From assembly GCA_041649575.1 (NCBI GenBank), contig JBAZMW010000001.1:90001-122000 (forward strand): 32,000 bases of DNA, written 5' to 3'. Every line of letters starts with the position of its first letter. Positions within the stretch are counted from its first letter, which is position 1. Positions 21,638 through 27,538 of this stretch are shown here, in pieces. A program made the translations under genes and the position numbers. The notes beneath the pieces were generated by a model. That model saw only the letters and a list, made by a program, of their open reading frames with translations. It made no database searches and was not told where the DNA came from. Source of the stretch: Patescibacteria group bacterium. Its GTDB lineage: Bacteria > Patescibacteriota > Patescibacteriia > 2-01-FULL-39-33.

Positions 21638-23107
21638 CTAAAAACAAATGATCCGCGATAGCTCAATGGTAGAGCAACCGGCTGTTAACCGGTAGGTTGC
21701 TGGTTCGAATCCAGCTCGCGGAGCCAAGAAACTAGATACGAACTCATTTTTTGAAGATGAGAGTGTTCGCTCGCCCAGCCCCGCCAATGGCGGGGCTGGC
21801 CTTCGCTCCGCGACGGCTTCGCCGTCGTTTTGGCGGGAAATGAAGCGAATTTTAATGCTTTCGGGGGAATAGAAAATGTTTGAAAGAAACTTTTTAGCAA
21901 AAAGATTTCTTTCAATTCCTTTGGTAGTTTTGAGTCCGGTAATGAAAAATTTTAGAGTGTCCGAAATGCTTTCGGTGGAAAATTTAGAGCATCCATCCGT
22001 TAGTTCGTATCCAGCGCGGTGTCCCGCTTGTTCGTCGTTGTTTAAGCGAAAAACAAGATTTTCAACATAATTTTTATCAACCGAAATGCGCTCTAAATTT
22101 TCCAAACAAAAATCTTCTAATCGTTCGGCGGACACTTGTTTTACTGAACACGCTTGCCAGTCCTGTTTCATCGTGGCGGTGCAACGATAGTAATAATAGC
22201 GGTTCAATTTTCCAGCGATATATTTGTTGGTAAAACAAGAAGTCATATTTGAACCACACTCTTCACATTTTATAAGTCCGCCGAACAGGAAGTTTTTGTA
22301 CACTCTAAAATTTTTCCGCTTTTCCTTATGAATTTTTTGAGCAAGGGCAAAAATTTCTTCTGAAATTATCGGCTTGTGAATACCTTGATAAATTTCGCCA
22401 TTGTGTAAAACCTTACCTATGTAGATAACATTTCGCAAAATGTGGCTGATATTTGTTTTAGAGAAATTTTTGCCTAACTTATTTTTGATACCTCTATCTT
22501 TCAGCATTTGGTAAGTTTTCGCCGTTGAGCCGGTTTCAATATAAGTTTCAAAAATTGATTTTATTTCTTCCGCTTCTTTTTGGTGCGGGATAAGTTTCTT
22601 ATCTTCTCGCTTGTAGCCATAAGGAGTTAGCCCGCCGTTTGCGAGCCCCTTTTTCGCGCGCTCCAACATTTTGTCTTTTGTTCTCTCGCTGGTTAGCTCT
22701 CGCTCAAATTGAGAAAAAGTGAGCATAATATTGCGAAGCAATCTTCCGGCGGGCGTTGAAGTATCAAACCTTTCCGTAATGGAAATAAAATCAATTTTTG
22801 CTTGCTCAAAAAATTCTATCAGTTGGTAAAAATCTTTTGGAGAACGAGTGAGCCGATCGATTTTGTAGACCAAAACCACATCAATTTTTTCTTTTTTCAA
22901 ATCAGCAAGTAATTCCTGCAAGGCGGGACGTTGTAAAATTGCGCCAGAAAATCCAGCGTCGTTATAAACTTTAAAAACCTGCCAATCATTTTGACTTTCG
23001 ATAAACGACCGGATTTTCTGCTCTTGCGCTTCGCAAGATGAAAATTCTTTTTCCGCTTGGTTATCAGTTGAAACTCTTGTATAAATGGCGCAATTTTTCA
23101 TATTCAT
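21638..23107 (-). CDS. Large serine recombinase (integrase/invertase); 3' end uncertain
   Basis: It has an N-terminal resolvase domain with the catalytic Ser in AIYTRVSTDNQ, plus VYKIDRLTRS. It also has a recombinase domain and a zinc ribbon (CEECGSNM...YYYYRCTA...WQACS). The ORF has no stop until it has crossed repeat A and the whole tRNA-Asn gene in antisense (tail ...PRAGFEPATYRLTAGCSTIELSRIICF). Confidence 0.9.
   Translation of the reverse strand: MNMKNCAIYTRVSTDNQAEKEFSSCEAQEQKIRSFIESQNDWQVFKVYNDAGFSGAILQRPALQELLADLKKEKIDVVLVYKIDRLTRSPKDFYQLIEFFEQAKIDFISITERFDTSTPAGRLLRNIMLTFSQFERELTSERTKDKMLERAKKGLANGGLTPYGYKREDKKLIPHQKEAEEIKSIFETYIETGSTAKTYQMLKDRGIKNKLGKNFSKTNISHILRNVIYIGKVLHNGEIYQGIHKPIISEEIFALAQKIHKEKRKNFRVYKNFLFGGLIKCEECGSNMTSCFTNKYIAGKLNRYYYYRCTATMKQDWQACSVKQVSAERLEDFCLENLERISVDKNYVENLVFRLNNDEQAGHRAGYELTDGCSKFSTESISDTLKFFITGLKTTKGIERNLFAKKFLSNIFYSPESIKIRFISRQNDGEAVAERRPAPPLAGLGERTLSSSKNEFVSSFLAPRAGFEPATYRLTAGCSTIELSRIICF
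21652..21726 (+). tRNA. tRNA-Asn (anticodon GTT), CCA encoded
   Basis: Hand-folded as follows:
- Acceptor stem: TCCGCGA/TCGCGGA.
- D arm: GCTC-AATGGTA-GAGC.
- Anticodon stem and loop: ACCGG/CCGGT with loop CTGTTAA.
- T arm: GCTGG-TTCGAAT-CCAGC.
- Discriminator G followed by CCA. Confidence 0.92.
21720..21870. repeat. Inverted repeat A, left arm (151 bp)
   Basis: It is the reverse complement of 23145-23295 with a single mismatch (21848 versus 23167). It starts inside the tRNA-Asn 3' end and covers the 3' part of the recombinase ORF. Confidence 0.95.
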
Positions 23108-23144
23108 AAATTTATATTATTAGTTTTTAAAAAGAAAAAATTGA

Positions 23145-23295
23145 ATTCCCCCGAAAGCATTAAAATCCGCTTCATTTCCCGCCAAAACGACGGCGAAGCC
23201 GTCGCGGAGCGAAGGCCAGCCCCGCCATTGGCGGGGCTGGGCGAGCGAACACTCTCATCTTCAAAAAATGAGTTCGTATCTAGTTTCTTGGCTCC
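23145..23295. repeat. Inverted repeat A, right arm (151 bp)
   Basis: It is the reverse complement of 21720-21870 (150/151 identical). It lies 37 nt upstream of the recombinase start codon. Confidence 0.95.
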
Positions 23296-23498
23296 CGAAT
23301 TAAAACCTTCGCAAACTTTTGAAATTATTTTGCCAAATCTGATACACAAATCCAAAAAGCGAAACCTGAAATGATACGCCCCGCCACTATTTTTCTGGGG
23401 CAAAGGAGGCGGGGCGACGGACTCGCCCGCGCAGAGGAGGGGTCTGGGGAGGAATCCGCGCGGGCTTCGGCTTTCCTTTTTGAAAAAATCGGCGGCTA
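23288..23498. repeat. Inverted repeat B, left arm (211 bp)
   Basis: It is the exact reverse complement of 26466-26676. It overlaps repeat A's right arm by the 8-bp core (23288-23295). Confidence 0.95.
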
Positions 23499-23502
23499 AA
23501 AA

Positions 23503-23531
23503 TTGAAGAAAAATAAAATTCATGTTAGTAT
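23503..23531 (+). promoter_or_regulatory. Candidate promoter of the cargo operon, followed by tandem ATACT motifs
   Basis: TTGAAG (23503-23508), a 17-nt spacer, then TAGTAT (23526-23531). Three ATACT repeats (starting at 23558, 23564 and 23572) abut the XRE start codon and could be an operator. Confidence 0.4.
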
Positions 23532-23576
23532 AGTTGTGAGGGTTAAGTTCAACGCTCATACTTATACTATCATACT

Positions 23577-23786
23577 ATGGAAAGTAATAAAAAACAAATT
23601 GGGGATAAAATTAAAGCCGTCCGCACAAAACAAGGATTGACGCAGGATGCCCTTGCTCGAAAATGTGATATTCCCTACACAACACTGACAAAAATTGAAT
23701 CAAATGTCATAACCAAGCCGTCAATCCAAACAGTTGTTAAGATTGCCACAGGGTTGGGCATTTCAGTAGATGAACTTTTGAAATGA
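23577..23786 (+). CDS. XRE-family helix-turn-helix transcriptional regulator
   Basis: 69 aa with a typical Cro/C1 HTH (RTKQGLTQDALARKCDIPYTTLTKIESN...SIQTVVKIATGLGISVDELL). Confidence 0.88.
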   Translation: MESNKKQIGDKIKAVRTKQGLTQDALARKCDIPYTTLTKIESNVITKPSIQTVVKIATGLGISVDELLK

Positions 23787-23787
23787 T

Positions 23788-25245
23788 ATGAAATTAACCT
23801 CGCTTACAATAAAAAATTTTCGAAGTATTGAAGAGGAAACTTTTGATATTACAGAAGTTGATAACACCTATACTTTTACGCTCATAGGCATTAACGAATC
23901 CGGGAAAAGTAGTTTTTTGAAAGCAGTTTCGTTGGTTGATAATGATGATGAAAAAGTTATTTTCCCTAAAGATTATTTTGAGGAAACAGAATCAATTAGC
24001 ATTGTTTTGAATTACGAGCTTGAAACACAAGAAGAAAAAGACCTAAAAAGTGCTCTTACAGAAAAGGGATTTGAGAAAGACATTTTATCAAAAATAAAGG
24101 TCGAACAGGTTTCTGTTTGTGCGACTTTTGAACCGGTGGCAAATGCACCAAAGAAAGTTTTTGATCAGATTACATTTCAGCAAAAAGTTTTTGACGACTA
24201 CACCTTACTTGGCGACAAACCTACTAAAAAAGACCCACAACAAACACAGGAGGATTTTGACATTGAGAAGTATTTTGAAGTGCATTTGCCGAAATATTTT
24301 TGGAAAATTGCTCACAGGATTGTTTTTTGGAAATCTGATAGTAAGCACCTTATCAATGAACAAATAAACCTTGATACATTTGCTGCTAACCCTGAAGAAA
24401 CATCAATCCCATTGATAAATTGCTTTGAGTTGGCTGGTGTGGCACAAGATCAAATTGTCTCGCAAGTTGCTAAACTAAAAACTGACGATGCTGAGATAGA
24501 TAATCTTGAAGAAAAGCTTGGAGACAAAGTAACTGCCCATATCAAGAAAGTTTGGTCTAATCATCCAATCAAAATAAAATTTAAGATAAATAATTCATTG
24601 CTAACACTTCTCGTTGAGGATGATAAAGTAAAATACAAATCAAAGACAACCGAGCAGAGAAGTGATGGCTTTCGGCAGTTTATTTCATTCCTCCTAACAA
24701 TTTCGGCAGAAAGCGCGACAAATCAGCTCTCTAATTCTTTGCTATTACTTGATGAGCCGGAAACCCATTTGCATCCCCAAGCACAAGAGTATTTGAAAGA
24801 CGAATTGATTAAGATAACGAGAAATGACGAAAACAACATCGTCTTTTTTGCCACGCACTCAAACTACATGATTGATAAGGAACATATTGAACGATGTTTT
24901 AGAGTTTCCAAACAATCAAACCGAAGGACAAAATTGGAAAAATTTCAAGCAGGTCAGAAATCATATGCGGAGGTAAACTATGAAGTTTTTAATATCGTAT
25001 CTTCTGACTACCACAACGAGCTATATGGATATTTAGAAGATGTAGACAAAACAAAATTAGATGGATTAGATAAAACGAAAAAGTGGAAGAATAAGAAAAA
25101 TAATGGTGTAGAGACAGATGTCTCATTGGCAACTTATATTCGACATTCAATCCATCATCCCGAAAATACACTTAATGCAAAATTCACTCCCGAAGAATTG
25201 GAGGGGTCAATTGAAAGTTTAAGAAAATTGAAATATGGAAACTAA
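23788..25245 (+). CDS. ABC/SMC-like (AAA_15/AAA_21-type) ATPase with an uncharacterised C-terminal domain
   Basis: - N-terminus: LTIKNFRSIEE.
- Walker A: GINESGKSS (23887-23913).
- Signature-like motif: QRSDGFRQFISFLL.
- Walker B: LLLLDEPETHLHP.
- H-loop: FFATHS.
- C-terminal ~100 aa: contains YIRHSIHHPEN (R-x4-H, 25141-25158).
- I recognise no TOPRIM or other nuclease domain. Confidence 0.88.
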   Translation: MKLTSLTIKNFRSIEEETFDITEVDNTYTFTLIGINESGKSSFLKAVSLVDNDDEKVIFPKDYFEETESISIVLNYELETQEEKDLKSALTEKGFEKDILSKIKVEQVSVCATFEPVANAPKKVFDQITFQQKVFDDYTLLGDKPTKKDPQQTQEDFDIEKYFEVHLPKYFWKIAHRIVFWKSDSKHLINEQINLDTFAANPEETSIPLINCFELAGVAQDQIVSQVAKLKTDDAEIDNLEEKLGDKVTAHIKKVWSNHPIKIKFKINNSLLTLLVEDDKVKYKSKTTEQRSDGFRQFISFLLTISAESATNQLSNSLLLLDEPETHLHPQAQEYLKDELIKITRNDENNIVFFATHSNYMIDKEHIERCFRVSKQSNRRTKLEKFQAGQKSYAEVNYEVFNIVSSDYHNELYGYLEDVDKTKLDGLDKTKKWKNKKNNGVETDVSLATYIRHSIHHPENTLNAKFTPEELEGSIESLRKLKYGN

Positions 25246-25558
25246 AAATGTAAAATTTGTTGTTTTTGTTCCACTCTCTCACGCTGGCGCTGTGCGCCAA
25301 GCTCTTGGTGAAGCTGGAGCGGGAAAAATAGGAAATTATGACTTCTGCTCTTTTTCTTCTCGTGGCACCGGTCGCTTTCGCGGTAATGAAAATACAAATC
25401 CTACTATTGGCGAAGCCGGAAAATATGAAGCAGTTGAGGAAGAACGGATTGAGGTGATAGTGCCACGAGATATTTTGAGAGAAGTCATCGAAAAAGTAAA
25501 AAGTGTTCATCCATATGAGGAAGTCGCTTTTGATATTTATCCGCTAGAAAATATATGA
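25235..25558 (+). CDS. Small Nif3/YqfO-insert-domain-like protein
   Basis: 107 aa. The pattern KFVVFVP...H...V..AL..AGAG.IGNY..CSF...G.G.F.....NP.IGE.G....V.E.RIE resembles the inserted domain of Nif3-family proteins as I recall it. It overlaps the ATPase stop by 11 nt. Confidence 0.65.
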   Translation: METKNVKFVVFVPLSHAGAVRQALGEAGAGKIGNYDFCSFSSRGTGRFRGNENTNPTIGEAGKYEAVEEERIEVIVPRDILREVIEKVKSVHPYEEVAFDIYPLENI

Positions 25559-26010
25559 CCGACAAACAATTTCTCCAAAAAGCAATAGAAAAAGCGAGAG
25601 AGTCTGTGGCACAGGGTGGTTTTCCTGCTGGTGCGATAGTCGTTAAAAATGGAGAAATTATCGGCGAAGGAGTTTCTGTCGGCAATAAACTGAACGACCC
25701 GACTAGCCACGGCGAAATGGCCTCAATTCGGGCGGCATGCAAAAACCTCAATACTTCCGATTTATCAAACTCGATACTCTATGCGTCCATGCAACCTTGC
25801 CTAATGTGCCTCGGTGCGTCTATGTGGAGCGCGATACCGAAAATCGTTTTTGCATGCCCCAAAGAGAAAGTATCGACTGAATACTACGGCGGACATTACA
25901 AGCCGTCTGCTATCAACGCAGAACTAACTCGTCCGATTGAATTAGTCCATTTCGCCGAACTGGAGAACGAATCGTTGACGATCGTCCGCGAGTGGGAAAA
26001 ATCATTATGA
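25555..26010 (+). CDS. CDA-fold zinc-dependent nucleoside/nucleobase deaminase
   Basis: It has an H-x-E motif (HGE, 25708-25716) and PCxxC (PCLMC, ending at 25809), in a 151-aa protein typical of the cytidine/deoxycytidylate deaminase superfamily (guanine, cytosine or TadA-like). Its start overlaps the upstream stop (ATGA). Confidence 0.88.
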   Translation: MTDKQFLQKAIEKARESVAQGGFPAGAIVVKNGEIIGEGVSVGNKLNDPTSHGEMASIRAACKNLNTSDLSNSILYASMQPCLMCLGASMWSAIPKIVFACPKEKVSTEYYGGHYKPSAINAELTRPIELVHFAELENESLTIVREWEKSL

Positions 26011-26468
26011 ACACCGACAAACTCGCAAAATTTCTAAACGAAGCAAACAAAGCGACCTACGCCAATAAAACTGCGCCAAAAGTCGCACCCTCTCGTTTAA
26101 AGTCAGAGGATTACCAATTTGAAAAAGACGGACTAATTTATCACGATACTTATTTTGGTGGGCGCGACTTTATCGGCGAGGAAATCGTATACGAAAATGA
26201 GAAACCAGCATGGGGCGCAAATTATTTTGGTTTCGTGCTTGATAAAAGTATTAGCGAGAAAGATGTATACGATTTTCTGCGCCGTGCGCTCATGCAGGAA
26301 TATAATGATGTGATTCCAGTACGAGGACCAAGCAACTTTTCCGTTGACGACAAAGAATATCGTTTTGTTGTGAATGGCGACCTTGCCAATTTCTCTGGCA
26401 CAGAGGAAATTTTATTTGACGGAAAAGTTGTTTATCGCTGTCTAATACACGGAGGATTTATTAGATAG
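26007..26468 (+). CDS. DUF5680-like protein (function unknown)
   Basis: I prefer the start at ATG 26007, which gives an ATGA overlap with the deaminase stop; the track offers GTG at 25992. The pattern KATYANK...YHDTYFGG.DFIGEE.V.....P.WGANYFG matches my recollection of DUF5680, but this is unverified. Confidence 0.65.
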   Translation: MNTDKLAKFLNEANKATYANKTAPKVAPSRLKSEDYQFEKDGLIYHDTYFGGRDFIGEEIVYENEKPAWGANYFGFVLDKSISEKDVYDFLRRALMQEYNDVIPVRGPSNFSVDDKEYRFVVNGDLANFSGTEEILFDGKVVYRCLIHGGFIR

Positions 26469-26676
26469 CCGCCGATTTTTTCAAAAAGGAAAGCCGAAGC
26501 CCGCGCGGATTCCTCCCCAGACCCCTCCTCTGCGCGGGCGAGTCCGTCGCCCCGCCTCCTTTGCCCCAGAAAAATAGTGGCGGGGCGTATCATTTCAGGT
26601 TTCGCTTTTTGGATTTGTGTATCAGATTTGGCAAAATAATTTCAAAAGTTTGCGAAGGTTTTAATTCGGGAGCCAA
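26466..26676. repeat. Inverted repeat B, right arm (211 bp)
   Basis: It is the exact reverse complement of 23288-23498. It begins 3 nt before the stop of the last cargo gene and ends with the core GGAGCCAA (26669-26676). Confidence 0.95.
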
Positions 26677-26687
26677 ATTGTATGTTC

Positions 26688-26716
26688 GCCACCCTTATGG
26701 GTGGTGTTTTGTTTTT
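26688..26716 (+). terminator. Rho-independent terminator, probably the original tRNA-Asn terminator displaced by the island
   Basis: Hairpin GCCACCC-ttat-GGGTGGT followed by GTTTTGTTTTT. It starts 12 nt after the right core copy. Confidence 0.6.
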
Positions 26717-26728
26717 GATTTATTTTTT

Positions 26729-26737
26729 TGTTATAAT
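26729..26737 (+). promoter_or_regulatory. Extended -10 element (TGtTATAAT) for tspO
   Basis: TGTTATAAT ends 9 nt before the ATG at 26747. No Shine-Dalgarno sequence lies between them. Confidence 0.45.
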
Positions 26738-26746
26738 CTAGATAAG

Positions 26747-27142
26747 ATGAACACCTACAACTGGTATTCACAACTCATCAAACCATTATGGTCACCGCCA
26801 AGCTGGCTTTTTGGACCGGTGTGGACGGTGTTATACGCGATTATAGTCGTTTCTTTCGGCACGGTGTTTTATAAAATGCTTACAGGCAAAATTACTTGGA
26901 TTGTCGCTTTACCGTTTGTGCTCAATCTAGTTTTCAATTTTATTTTTACGCCAATTCAATTTGGACTTAAAAATAATCTTTTGGCGGCAATAGACATTTT
27001 GCTCGTTCTTGGCACACTCGTTTGGGCAATGGCGGCCATTTATCCGTATGCTCGTTGGATCGCATACATCCAAATCCCGCACTTGCTCTGGGTTTCGTTC
27101 GCGACTGTTTTACAATTAACCATTACTTATTTGAATAGATAG
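26747..27142 (+). CDS. tspO: TspO/MBR family tryptophan-rich sensory protein
   Basis: I moved the start to the ATG at 26747, because the track start at 26561 lies in repeat B. The signature is WYSQLIKPLWSPPSWLFGPVWTVLY, and the protein has five hydrophobic segments. Confidence 0.88.
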   Translation: MNTYNWYSQLIKPLWSPPSWLFGPVWTVLYAIIVVSFGTVFYKMLTGKITWIVALPFVLNLVFNFIFTPIQFGLKNNLLAAIDILLVLGTLVWAMAAIYPYARWIAYIQIPHLLWVSFATVLQLTITYLNR

Positions 27143-27230
27143 ACGGCACGCTAGTCAATATTGGCACGAAATTCGGCATCAGGGTTTTTTAAAAAATTCG
27201 TATTTTAATTAAAAGGCGGAGCTATTAAAC

Positions 27231-27410
27231 ATGAATAAAAATGGAATTAGAATATTATATTTTATTCTTGCCATACTGCTCGGTATTTTTATGTTTGTAT
27301 ATGGCGGATTTGACGATAGTCCCGGGGGACAACTTATAGGGGTAATAGTAATTATTATCGGAATTATAGGATTGATAAAGCGCAAGAAAAAAATTTCATT
27401 CACCAAATAG
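27231..27410 (+). CDS. Possible 59-aa two-TM membrane protein (below the ORF-track cutoff)
   Basis: The ATG at 27231 is preceded by AAAGGCGGAG. The translation is MNKNGIRILYFILAILLGIFMFVYGGFDDSPGGQLIGVIVIIIGIIGLIKRKKKISFTK, which gives two hydrophobic helices and a basic tail. A terminator follows at 27471. Confidence 0.4.
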   Translation: MNKNGIRILYFILAILLGIFMFVYGGFDDSPGGQLIGVIVIIIGIIGLIKRKKKISFTK

Positions 27411-27470
27411 AGCAATGATTTAAGTTAACGCATGTCCTGATTTTATTAATGAGGCGGAGTTAGCAAGAGT

Positions 27471-27497
27471 AACCCCTATTTCAGGGGTTATTTTTTT
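27471..27497 (+). terminator. Rho-independent terminator
   Basis: Hairpin AACCCCT-atttc-AGGGGTT followed by ATTTTTTT. Confidence 0.6.
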
Positions 27498-27538
27498 AAC
27501 TAGCAAATCCTGCAAACTGTTCATTATAAATTCTGATT

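Larger units (their letters stand above)
21720..26676. mobile_element. Roughly 4.96-kb integrated element at the 3' end of tRNA-Asn (serine recombinase plus 5-gene cargo operon)
   Basis: The core GGAGCCAA occurs as a direct repeat at 21720-21727 (tRNA 3' end) and at 26669-26676. A third, inverted copy lies at 23288-23295. A hairpin with a T-run, typical of a tRNA terminator, follows the right copy at 26688-26716. The island encodes a large serine recombinase. The cargo looks more AT-rich than the flanks by eye. Confidence 0.7.

Noticed and set aside
21277-21666. A 129-aa minus-strand ORF and a 79-aa plus-strand ORF (21422-21661) in the rpoD/tRNA-Asn spacer.
   Set aside because: They run across a promoter, the tRNA-like leader and the tRNA 5' end, and the minus-strand ORF overlaps the rpoD 3' end. 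Neither has an RBS or a recognisable domain.
23104-23559. A 151-aa minus-strand ORF, together with the N-terminal 62 codons (26561-26746) of the track's 193-aa TspO ORF. They share an identical 39-aa stretch (MPQKNSGGAYHFRFRFLDLCIRFGKIISKVCEGFNSGAK).
   Set aside because: Both are translations of inverted repeat B, so the identity is a by-product of the DNA repeat. There is no recognisable domain, and the composition is odd and low in complexity. TspO homology begins only at Met 26747, which has its own -10 element.
27209-27415. A 68-aa minus-strand ORF.
   Set aside because: The opposite-strand 59-aa ORF (27231-27410) has an SD, a cleaner two-TM architecture and a downstream terminator. The minus-strand ORF has none of these.
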